A stretch of DNA of 56,401 nt, taken from Candidatus Rokuibacteriota bacterium (GTDB lineage: Bacteria; Methylomirabilota; Methylomirabilia; Rokubacteriales; DASRDR01). The position numbers and the translations under genes are program-made. Where the stretch lies: positions 1 to 56,401 of the forward strand of contig JBIOTN010000060.1 in assembly GCA_044866005.1 (NCBI GenBank), in the 5' to 3' direction. The notes beneath the pieces were generated by a model. It had not been told where the DNA came from. It searched no databases and worked only from the letters and a program-made list of their open reading frames with translations. Positions 1 through 8,306 of this stretch are shown here, in pieces; the stretch's first letter is position 1; each line of letters begins with the position of its first letter.

Positions 1-398
1 CCCCGGGCGAGCCGGTCGCGCGGCGTCGCGGCCGCGATGATGGGGCGGTCGTTGGAGAAGTACATGCCCTGGGCCAGCCCCGTGAGCAGCCGCGCCAGGG
101 CGAGCACCAGAAGCGTCGAGGCGAGCCCCGTCCCCAGCGCAGCGAGCGCCACCAGCAGGATCCCGGCGACGAGGACGCGCTTCCGCCCGAAGCGGTCGCC
201 CAGGAGGCCGGCGGGAATCTGCATGGCGACGTACCCGTAGAAGAAGACCGAAAAGAGGAAGCCGGCCTGGGCGTGGCTCAGCCGGAACTCGGCCATGATG
301 GGCTCGAGGAGCGGGGAGAAGGCCATCCGGACGATGTAGTTGCCGATCCAGCCGAAGACGATGAGGGCCCAGACGGTGTGGTAGGGCTGCCAGCTCAC
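1..398 (-). CDS. MFS transporter (partial; 3' end outside window)
   Basis: Manual translation from GTG at 398: MSWQPYHTVWALIVFGWIGNYIVRMAFSPLL...QIPAGLLGDRFGRKRVL (MFS motif A, GxxxDRxGRK), with hydrophobic helices. Absent from the ORF track because it runs off the edge. Confidence 0.9.
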   Translation of the reverse strand, partial: MSWQPYHTVWALIVFGWIGNYIVRMAFSPLLEPIMAEFRLSHAQAGFLFSVFFYGYVAMQIPAGLLGDRFGRKRVLVAGILLVALAALGTGLASTLLVLALARLLTGLAQGMYFSNDRPIIAAATPRDRLAR

Positions 399-447
399 GG
401 GTCGGGGTCGACGGCGCTTCAGGCGCGGCCTGTCCGCGCCGAAGGGG

Positions 448-2010
448 TCAGGGCGAGCCGGTCTGGCGGAGCCGGAACCGCTGGATCTTCCCCGTGGCGG
501 TCTTCGGCAGCTCGCCCACGAACTCGACCCACCGGGGGTACTTGTAGGGGGCGATCCTGTCCTTGACGAAGGTCTTGAGCTCCTCGGCGAGCGCCGCCGA
601 GGCCTGCCCGGGCTCCTTGAGGACGACGAAGGCCTTGGGCTTGACGAGGCGCGCCTCGTCCTCCTGGCCGACCACGGCCGCCTCCAGCACCGCGGGGTGC
701 CGGATCAGCGTCGCCTCGACCTCGACGGGCGAGACCCAGATCCCGCCCACCTTCAGCATGTCGTCGGCGCGCCCGGCGAACCAGAAGTAGCCGTCCGCGT
801 CCTGGCGGAACTTGTCGCCCGTGTGGATCCAGGCGCCGAAGAGCGCCTCCTTGGTCTTCTCGTGCTTGTTCCAGTAGTACGCCATCGTGGAATCGCCCTT
901 GACGCGGAGGTTCCCGATCTCCCCGCGCGCGACCGGGCGGCCGTCGTCGTCCACGATCGCCGCCTCGTAGCCGGGGACGGGGAGGCCGGAGGAGCCGGGG
1001 CGGGCGGCGCCGGGGCGGTTGGAGAGGAAGATGTGGAGGATCTCCGTCGTCCCGATCCCGTCGATGACGTCGACGCCGAAGCGCTCCCGCCAGCGGTGGT
1101 AGAGCTCCTCCGGCAGGGCCTCGCCGGCCGACACGCAGAGCCGGAGGGACGAGAGGTCGAAGCGCTTCTCGGCCTCCTTCACCGCGAGCATCGCGGCGTA
1201 GAGCGTGGGGACCCCGAAGAAGAGCGTGGGCCGGTGCCGGGTGAGGATCTCGAAGACCGCCTCGGGCGTCGGCCGCGGGGCGTAGAGGATGCTCTGGGCG
1301 CCGACGCCCATCGGGAAGTAGCCGGCGTTGCCGAGACCGTACGCGAAGAAGAGCTTGGCCGCCGAGTAGACCCGGTCGGTCTCGCGGTAGCCCAGGACCT
1401 GCTTCGCGTAGGTCTCGGTGCAGACCCACATGTCGTGGTGCAGGTGCACGGTCCCCTTGGGCGAGCCGGTCGAGCCCGAGGAGTAGAGCCAGAACGCCGC
1501 GTCGTCGCGCGAGGTCGGCGCCGGCGCCAGCCGGGCCGAGGCCTTGGCGACGCGCTCCTCGTAGCCGAGGTAGCCGCCGGGGTCGCCGCCGGCGACGAGC
1601 ACGTGCCGCAGATAGCGGGCCTCGCGGAGCGCCGGGCCGGCCTCGGCGAGGAGCGGCGCCGAGACGACCGCCACCCTGGCCCGGCTGTCGTCGAGGACGT
1701 AGCGGTAGTCGGCGGCCCGCATCAGCGTGTTCACCGGGATCGGGATCGCGCCGATCTTGATCGCCCCCCAGAACGCCCCGAGGAACTCCGGCGCATCGAG
1801 GCAGATCATCAGGACCCGGTCCTCCAGCTCCACGCCGAGCTCGAGCAGCACGTTGCCGGTACGGTCCGTGAGGTCCTGGACGTCCGCGTAGGTGAGGCGG
1901 CGCTCCGCGCAGAGAAACGCCAGCGAGGCGCCGCGGCCCTCCGCCACGTTCCGGTCCACGAAGTGGGCGGCGACGTTGAACTGCTGGGGCAGCGCGTCCG
2001 CGGCGTTCAT
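448..2010 (-). CDS. Benzoate-CoA ligase family aryl-CoA ligase
   Basis: Motifs WLYSSGSTGSPKG, AAKLFFAYGLGN, DGIGTTE, TGD and PKTATGKIQR. Start MNAADALP at 2010 overlaps the upstream stop (ATGA). Confidence 0.9.
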   Translation of the reverse strand: MNAADALPQQFNVAAHFVDRNVAEGRGASLAFLCAERRLTYADVQDLTDRTGNVLLELGVELEDRVLMICLDAPEFLGAFWGAIKIGAIPIPVNTLMRAADYRYVLDDSRARVAVVSAPLLAEAGPALREARYLRHVLVAGGDPGGYLGYEERVAKASARLAPAPTSRDDAAFWLYSSGSTGSPKGTVHLHHDMWVCTETYAKQVLGYRETDRVYSAAKLFFAYGLGNAGYFPMGVGAQSILYAPRPTPEAVFEILTRHRPTLFFGVPTLYAAMLAVKEAEKRFDLSSLRLCVSAGEALPEELYHRWRERFGVDVIDGIGTTEILHIFLSNRPGAARPGSSGLPVPGYEAAIVDDDGRPVARGEIGNLRVKGDSTMAYYWNKHEKTKEALFGAWIHTGDKFRQDADGYFWFAGRADDMLKVGGIWVSPVEVEATLIRHPAVLEAAVVGQEDEARLVKPKAFVVLKEPGQASAALAEELKTFVKDRIAPYKYPRWVEFVGELPKTATGKIQRFRLRQTGSP

Positions 2011-2711
2011 CGGCCCGGTGCCCCGTAGGCGCGATCGATGTCGTCGAAGAAGAGCCACCACATGCGCAGCGAGGTCGTGACGGCATCCCGGACGCCGGCC
2101 TGCAGGGCGTCGGTCGTCGCGTGGCGGACCACGATGTGGTCGCCGACGTCGGAGTGCTCGGCGTCCGCGAACTCGTGGACGTCCCAGAACGCCACGGCCG
2201 TCTTGGAGAGCCCGTAGTGGCGCTGGAGCGCATCGGCGAAGGGGCCGAAGTTGCCGACCACCTGCCCTTCGGCTGCCAGGTTGATCGCCGCCACGCCCTC
2301 GAGGAACGGGCGCGCCGTCGTGGAGAGCTCGAACCAGTGGATCAGCGCCCGCGTGCCCGGCAGCGGCTCGGCCGAGAGCACCTCCTCGCGCTTGAGCCCG
2401 AGCCCGGCGCAGAAGTCGAGGAAGAGCTCCGGGTGGGCCTTGGACTTGCTCAGGCGGCCCGTCTCCTCCTCGTAGACCGACTCCGCCAGCTTGATGCGCT
2501 CGGCCCGGTCGGGGCACCGGGCGTGGAGCGCGCTCACCGCGCGCGGGAACTCGACCACCTGCAGGAAGAACTGCTTGGCGAAGCCCTGGAGCTCGGCGCG
2601 GCCGAGCCGGCCCTCCGCGATCTTCCGCCAGAGGGGGTGGGCGCCGAAGCTCCGCCCCCGGCCGATCAGCTCCTTCAGCTCCCTGGCGAACGCTTGCTGG
2701 CTGAGCGCCAT
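2007..2711 (-). CDS. Heme-oxygenase-like diiron oxidase (PqqC/CADD/TenA fold, 'iron-containing redox enzyme')
   Basis: YEEE...AHPEL, AAEGQ and FWDVHEFADAEH supply the E/H/E/H/D/H ligand set typical of CADD-like proteins. GGAGGGG SD upstream; alternative GTG start at 2717. Confidence 0.8.
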   Translation of the reverse strand: MALSQQAFARELKELIGRGRSFGAHPLWRKIAEGRLGRAELQGFAKQFFLQVVEFPRAVSALHARCPDRAERIKLAESVYEEETGRLSKSKAHPELFLDFCAGLGLKREEVLSAEPLPGTRALIHWFELSTTARPFLEGVAAINLAAEGQVVGNFGPFADALQRHYGLSKTAVAFWDVHEFADAEHSDVGDHIVVRHATTDALQAGVRDAVTTSLRMWWLFFDDIDRAYGAPGR

Positions 2712-2826
2712 CCGCACGCCCCTCCCGAGGCGGGGCCAGCGCTACAATACACCGCCCGCCCGGCCCCCCGCGACCCCGCTCCCCGGGCGCGGCCGGGGCG
2801 GAGGAGGGCCCGTCAGCGCGGGTGGC

Positions 2827-4101
2827 TCACCGGAGGTTCCGCCGGAGATGCTCGACCGCCAGCCGGCCGAGGGCGCCGGCTCGCGCCGCCGCGCTGCGGG
2901 CGAGCGTCCAGGGCGAGGGTCTCTGGGTCCTCACGAACCGCTTGAGGTCGTAATATTCGCGCACGATGCGGCTCCGGCCCTTGGACGCGAGCTCGCACGC
3001 CGCGAAGACGCGGGCCCGGCCCGGGTGGGCCGGCGAGGTCGCCCGGATGAAGCGGATCGGCGCCTCGACCGCCTTGAACCGCTCGAGCTTGTAGGCCTCG
3101 TTCCCGGTCAGCAGATCGTAGACCTTCCGCCCCTCGGCGATCGCCCGCTGGGCCGCCATGCACATGAGCAGGAAGCCGGGGCTGTGCGCCATGACCTCGT
3201 CCGGGCCGTACGCGTGCGCGAGATAGACGTAGACCCGGTCCCGGTAGCACACGTCGAAGCTGACGGCGACCCGGAGCCCATCCACCTTCAAGAACGAGAG
3301 CGCCAGCCAGCCTCGCCGCGCGAGGCTCCGCGCCACATCCACGTAGAAGGCCCGGTCGGCCACGGTGTTCGGGTAGCCGAGGCTCCTCCAGCGCCGCTCG
3401 TGGATCCTCGCGAAGGCCTCGATGGCGTCGGGGAGGTCCTCGGTGTCCTCCCGGTACACCTCGATCTCGACCCGGTGGTCCTGTCGCAGTCGCCTGAGCT
3501 TCCGCTTGAAATTGCGCCGCCCGTTGCGGCCGAGCCCCTCGAGGAAGGCGTCCCACGAGCGTGGGAGCGCCACGCGCGACGCGAGCGTGCTGTGGGCGCG
3601 CACCGGGATCCCGTGCCGGGCGAGGCGCGCCGGCAGGATCGCGCACGCCACGGCGTCCTGCCGGGCGCCCTGGACGTCCAGCACGTCCCACTCCTCGGCA
3701 GTGGACCGGAGGTAGGCCGCGAAGCGGTCACAGACCAGCCTCTCGTATCCCGGCCGGACGATCAGGTCGTAATAGCCGGAGTGTGGGGATCCGAGGACCC
3801 GGAGGCGGGTCGCCACGGGCACGCCGCACAGCCGTACCGGCTCCCGGGCCAGCGGCGTGATCCCGACGACGCCGTCGCCGGCGCGGAAGACGAGGCAGTG
3901 AAGCGTCCGGCCGGCGCCGAAGTGCGTCCACCAGGGCCGGAGCCACTCGTAGGTCTGGAAGACGGTCGCTCCGGACCGCGCCGAGAGCTCCCGCCACTCC
4001 GGCCCCAGCGCGTCGAGGTCCCGATCGGTCGTGACGACCGCCACATCCACCCCGATCGGGGCCGGCTCCGGAATCCGACCACCCAGCGCCGCGAGAGCCA
4101 T
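2827..4101 (-). CDS. GNAT family acyltransferase, CelD/BcsL-like
   Basis: ATVFQTYEWLRPWW, SPGFLL and YDLLTGNEAYK-x-RF motifs. Start placed at the ATG just downstream of a sigma-54 motif. Confidence 0.85.
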   Translation of the reverse strand: MALAALGGRIPEPAPIGVDVAVVTTDRDLDALGPEWRELSARSGATVFQTYEWLRPWWTHFGAGRTLHCLVFRAGDGVVGITPLAREPVRLCGVPVATRLRVLGSPHSGYYDLIVRPGYERLVCDRFAAYLRSTAEEWDVLDVQGARQDAVACAILPARLARHGIPVRAHSTLASRVALPRSWDAFLEGLGRNGRRNFKRKLRRLRQDHRVEIEVYREDTEDLPDAIEAFARIHERRWRSLGYPNTVADRAFYVDVARSLARRGWLALSFLKVDGLRVAVSFDVCYRDRVYVYLAHAYGPDEVMAHSPGFLLMCMAAQRAIAEGRKVYDLLTGNEAYKLERFKAVEAPIRFIRATSPAHPGRARVFAACELASKGRSRIVREYYDLKRFVRTQRPSPWTLARSAAARAGALGRLAVEHLRRNLR

Positions 4102-4118
4102 GTGAGACCCTGGCAGAC

Positions 4119-4134
4119 CGCAAACGACGTGCCG
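4119..4134 (-). promoter_or_regulatory. Candidate sigma-54 promoter of the GNAT gene
   Basis: Minus strand CGGCAC-GTCGT-TTGCG (GG-N10-GC), ending 17 nt before the ATG at 4101. Confidence 0.65.
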
Positions 4135-4265
4135 CCATGCCTTTTGCCGCCCCAGGGGCGCGCGCGACGCCCCCGGGGCCGCGGGACGCCTCCAGGGCGG
4201 CGTCCCGGCCGGCGAGCACCCGGGGGCGCGCATCGGTCGTCACGATCGTTACGCCGGCCTCGGCC

Positions 4266-4281
4266 CGGCACCCGCCTTGCT
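4266..4281 (+). promoter_or_regulatory. Candidate sigma-54 promoter of the methyltransferase gene
   Basis: CGGCAC-CCGCC-TTGCT (GG-N10-GC), 21 nt before the ATG at 4303. Confidence 0.65.
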
Positions 4282-4302
4282 CGCGACCCGTGGCGGACGC
4301 CC

Positions 4303-5091
4303 ATGTCAGCCTCCGGCACCCTGGACCAGCCGGCTCCCGCGGGGAGGCGTCGGCTCGCGCTCCCCCCCGCTGCCGTCACGCTCCTGGGCCTGCCGGCCAA
4401 GGTCGTCCGCCGGCTCCGCGACCGGGGCCTCGCCGACACGCTGGACTGGGCCGGGTATCAGCTCTCCTGGCGCTACCGCGAGTGGCGGCTCGGCATCGAG
4501 ACGACCGGGTTCATTCCCTGGTACGAGCTGGGAGAGGACCCCGACCATCAGTCGTACGAGCCGATCGACTTCCGCTGCTTCGACATCGTGCTCGACTACC
4601 TCGGGGTCCGGCCCGGGCAGGGCGTGGCCCTGGACTACGGCAGCGGCAAGGGCCGCGCCGTCGTCCTGGCGGCGGCGCGCGGCTTTCGCCGGGTGATCGG
4701 CGTGGAGCGCTCGGCCGAGCTCTGCGCCATCGCCGAGGAGAACCTCCGGCGAGCCCGCGGGGCGCTGCGCTGCCAGGACGTCGAGATCGTCCACGCGGAC
4801 GCGGAGACCTATCGCGTGCCGGACGACGTGACGACGGTGCTCCTCTTCAATCCGTTCACGGGCCCGGTCCTGCTTGCCGTGCTCGCGCAGATCCGCCGCT
4901 CCCTCCTCGCCGCCCCGCGCCCGCTGCGGCTGATCTACCTCCTGCCGAAGGACGACCGCGACCTGCTCGCCGCGTGCGACTGGCTGGTCGAGGAGCGCGT
5001 CCTCCCCACCGGCTTCTGGCCGCACGTCCGGTGCATCGTCTACCGCGCCGCCCTCGGGCCTGAGGCGCCGGCGCGGGTCTCCTCGGCCTGA
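4303..5091 (+). CDS. Class I SAM-dependent methyltransferase
   Basis: LDYGSGKGR motif I, VIGVE, IVHADA and LFNPF. This is the 3' part of track ORF 2491..5091. Confidence 0.85.
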   Translation: MSASGTLDQPAPAGRRRLALPPAAVTLLGLPAKVVRRLRDRGLADTLDWAGYQLSWRYREWRLGIETTGFIPWYELGEDPDHQSYEPIDFRCFDIVLDYLGVRPGQGVALDYGSGKGRAVVLAAARGFRRVIGVERSAELCAIAEENLRRARGALRCQDVEIVHADAETYRVPDDVTTVLLFNPFTGPVLLAVLAQIRRSLLAAPRPLRLIYLLPKDDRDLLAACDWLVEERVLPTGFWPHVRCIVYRAALGPEAPARVSSA

Positions 5092-5243
5092 CGCGCGCAG
5101 CACCCCGCACGCAGTTCTTGCACGGCGCGTGAACCCCGCCGCCTCGCCCGGCGGTCCCGCCGCCGGCGCGCGCCGTGCCGGGAACTCGCTGCTTTTCCTC
5201 GAGAATTTCGCCGATCCGCGCGACAGGCGCGGCGCGCCCGATC

Positions 5244-5259
5244 GGGCACGCCGCTTGCC
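5244..5259 (+). promoter_or_regulatory. Candidate sigma-54 promoter of the SBBP protein genes
   Basis: GGGCAC-GCCGC-TTGCC (GG-N10-GC) in the intergenic region, with an AT-richer patch at about 5190-5210 upstream. Confidence 0.55.
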
Positions 5260-5389
5260 GCAGCGGTAATCGGTCCGCACCCTCCCCGCACCCGCTCGGG
5301 TCGGTGTCTGTCTGCTCGACCGACCCCGGGCGACGCTCCCCAACGACACCAGAGCCGGCCGCCCCGTGTCCGCGCGGCCAGGAGAAGGC

Positions 5390-8293
5390 ATGAGACTGTC
5401 CGATTGGATCGCGCTCGCCGCGACTGTCGCCGTCCTCATTGGCCTGACCGTGCTGGGCAGCGCGATGCCGCCCCAGACCGCGCCGCCCCTGCCCGCCGCC
5501 GCGGCCGGCCCGGGCCTGGCTGCGGCCGATCGCGGCCTTCCCCTCTACTTCGAGGCCAACCAGGGGCAGACCGCGCCCGACGTGAAGTTCCTCGCCCGCG
5601 CCGGCGGCCACACCCTGTTTCTTACCACCACCGAGACGGTCCTGGTCCTCGGGCCGCCGAAGCGGGGACTGGGCCCCGACCGCGAGCAGGCCATCGTACG
5701 GATGCGGCTCGTCGGCGCCGGGCCCGCTCCCGAGGTGGTCGGGCAGGCGCCGCTGTCCGGGAAGATCCACTACCTCGCGGGCGCGGACCCGGCGCGCTGG
5801 CGGCGGGACGTCCCCGCCTACGCCAGGGTCATCTACCGGGCCGTCTACCCGGGCGTCGACCTCGTCTACCACGGCGCCCAGGGACAGCTCGAGTACGACT
5901 TCGTCGTCGCCCCCGGCGCCGACCCGCGGGCGATCCGGCTCGTCTTCGAGGGGGCGGACACTCTCCGCCTCGACGCGCAGGGCGATCTGCGGCTCACGAC
6001 CCGCGCCGGTGAGCTCCGTTTCCCCCGGCCGGTGGTCTACCAGGAGACCGGCGGCGGCCGGCGCGAAGTCCCGGGCGGCTACGTGGTCGCGGGCCGCGAG
6101 GTGACCTTCCAGGTAGCCGCGTACGACGCGACGCGGCCGCTCGTCATCGACCCACGCCTGGACTGGTCGACCTATCTGGGCGGCAGCGTTCAGGACGGCG
6201 GCCAGGGGATCGCCGTCGATGCGGCAGGCGCCATCTACATCACCGGCTGGGCCGGGTCCACCGATTTCCCCACCGCTCACGCGCTCCAGCCGGCGCCGGG
6301 CGGGAGTGACGACGTCTTCGTCGCCAAGCTCAGCCCGGACGGCTCGACGCTGGTCTACGCCACCTACCTGGGCGGCAGCGACCTCGACCTCGGCTTCGGG
6401 ATCGCCGTGGACGCAGCGGGCCAGGCCTACGTGACCGGCGAGACGCGATCCGCCGACTTCCCGACCGTGAACGCCGCCCAGCCGCTCATCTACGGCGACG
6501 GCGTCTTCCCCGCCTGCCACCCGCGATGCTTCGCCTTCAACGCCTTCCTGGCGAAGCTCAATCCCGAGGGCTCGGCCCTGGTGTACTCGACCTACCTCGG
6601 TGGCCACGACAGCACGATCGGCTTCGCGGTCGCGGTCGACGGGGCCGGCAACGCCTACGTGGCGGGCCGGGCGGGGGCCGACGTGCCGGCCGCGAGACAC
6701 CTGGGGCCGCGAGCCGGCGAGGCGTTCGTGGCCAAGCACTCGCCGACCGGCGCGCTCCTCTACGTCGCCGACTTCGGCAGCGGCATCGCCCGCAGCATCG
6801 CCGTCGACGGGTCGGGGAACGCGTACGTGACGGGCGCGACGGAGGCGAACGACTTCCCGACCACCCCGGGGGCGCTCCAGCCGACCGGCGGCTGCCCTCC
6901 CTCGACGGTCTTCGAGTGCGGGGATGCCTTCGTGGCGAAGCTCGGCCCGACCGGCTCGTCGCTCGCGTACGGGACCTATCTCGGCGGGAGCGGAGACGAG
7001 CGCGGGCTCGGGATCGCCGTCGACGCTGGCGGCAACGCCTACGTGACCGGGAGCACGACCTCCACCGATTTCCCGACCCTCGCGGGCGCGCTCCAGCCGG
7101 CGCCCGGGGGCGGCAGCTGCAGATTCGGGCCGTGCCGGGACGCCTTCGTCGTCAAGCTCGACGCGGCCGGCTCGCGGCTGCTCTACGCGACCTACCTCGG
7201 GGGCAGCCAGGTCGACGAAGGGATCGGCATCGCGGTGGACGGGGCCGGTCACGCGTTCGTGGCGGGCAATACGGCTTCCACGGACTTCCCGACCGTGAAC
7301 CCCGTCCAGGCCGCGCACAGCGGCGCGAGCTGCGAGACCGCCGAATGCCTCGACGCCTTCGTCGCCAAGCTCGACGCGAGCGGATCGAGCCTGGTCTGGG
7401 CGACCTACCTCGGCGGGAACAGCGTCGAGCTCACGACCGGGATCGCCCTGGACGGGAACGGGAGCGCCTATCTCACGGGGCAGACCGAGTCGTCCAACTT
7501 CCCCACCGTGAACGCGCTCCAGCCCGCGCGCGGTGGCACGGTCGACGCCTTCGTCGCGAAGCTCACCGACACCGCCGGCGGCGGGGGCGGCGGCGGCTGC
7601 ACCAGCGGCGTCCAGATCGGGCCGACGACCGCCACCCCGAGCCCGGTCGCTGCCGGCAGCACCGAGACCGTCCAGACCACGGTCTGCTCGGCGAGCGCCG
7701 CCGCCAACCTCAACGTGGACCTCGAGATCTACAACCCGAGCGGCAAGCGGGTCGGCCAGAAGATCTTCTCCGGCCAGAGCTTCGCCGGCGGCGAGGCCAG
7801 GAGCTACACCTGGGGCTTCCTCGTCCCCTCGACCCTGCCGACCGGGACCTACACGGTCAAGATCGGGGTCTTCTCCGCCAACTGGGCGACGCTCCTCAAG
7901 TGGGACAACCAGGCCGTGACCTTCGCGGTCAGCGGCGCCCCGCCCCCGTCCTCGTGCGCGAGCGGCATCACCATCGGCCCCACGGCCGCCACGCCCGCCA
8001 CCGTGGCGCGCGGCAGCACGGAGACCATCCAGACGCAGGTCTGCTCCGGCAGCGCCGCCTCGAACCTGAACGTCGACCTCGAGCTCTACGACGCGAGCGG
8101 CAAGCGCGTCGGGCAGAAGATCTTCTCCGGGCAGAGCTTCGCCGCGGGCGAGAGCAAGTCCTACACCTGGCCCTTCCCGGTGCCCTCGACCCTCCCGACC
8201 GGCACCTACACGGTCAAGGTCGGCGTCTTCTCCGCGAACTGGACCACCCTCTTCAAGTGGGACAACCAGGCCGCGACGTTCGTCGTGCAGTAG
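5390..8293 (+). CDS. Secreted SBBP beta-propeller repeat protein with two C-terminal Ig-like domains
   Basis: Hydrophobic signal peptide; LPLYFEANQGQ...LEYDFVVAPGADP...PLVIDP N-terminal domain; repeated YSTYLGG..D.G.GIAVD..GNAYVTG blades; AGGAGA SD. Confidence 0.9.
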   Translation: MRLSDWIALAATVAVLIGLTVLGSAMPPQTAPPLPAAAAGPGLAAADRGLPLYFEANQGQTAPDVKFLARAGGHTLFLTTTETVLVLGPPKRGLGPDREQAIVRMRLVGAGPAPEVVGQAPLSGKIHYLAGADPARWRRDVPAYARVIYRAVYPGVDLVYHGAQGQLEYDFVVAPGADPRAIRLVFEGADTLRLDAQGDLRLTTRAGELRFPRPVVYQETGGGRREVPGGYVVAGREVTFQVAAYDATRPLVIDPRLDWSTYLGGSVQDGGQGIAVDAAGAIYITGWAGSTDFPTAHALQPAPGGSDDVFVAKLSPDGSTLVYATYLGGSDLDLGFGIAVDAAGQAYVTGETRSADFPTVNAAQPLIYGDGVFPACHPRCFAFNAFLAKLNPEGSALVYSTYLGGHDSTIGFAVAVDGAGNAYVAGRAGADVPAARHLGPRAGEAFVAKHSPTGALLYVADFGSGIARSIAVDGSGNAYVTGATEANDFPTTPGALQPTGGCPPSTVFECGDAFVAKLGPTGSSLAYGTYLGGSGDERGLGIAVDAGGNAYVTGSTTSTDFPTLAGALQPAPGGGSCRFGPCRDAFVVKLDAAGSRLLYATYLGGSQVDEGIGIAVDGAGHAFVAGNTASTDFPTVNPVQAAHSGASCETAECLDAFVAKLDASGSSLVWATYLGGNSVELTTGIALDGNGSAYLTGQTESSNFPTVNALQPARGGTVDAFVAKLTDTAGGGGGGGCTSGVQIGPTTATPSPVAAGSTETVQTTVCSASAAANLNVDLEIYNPSGKRVGQKIFSGQSFAGGEARSYTWGFLVPSTLPTGTYTVKIGVFSANWATLLKWDNQAVTFAVSGAPPPSSCASGITIGPTAATPATVARGSTETIQTQVCSGSAASNLNVDLELYDASGKRVGQKIFSGQSFAAGESKSYTWPFPVPSTLPTGTYTVKVGVFSANWTTLFKWDNQAATFVVQ

Positions 8294-8306
8294 AAGGGAG
8301 CAGCTC

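Noticed and set aside
2007..2711. Naming the oxidase pqqC or a CADD pABA synthase
   Set aside because: No other pqq or folate genes are adjacent and the CADD sacrificial Tyr/Lys positions appear substituted, so only the fold-level call is kept.
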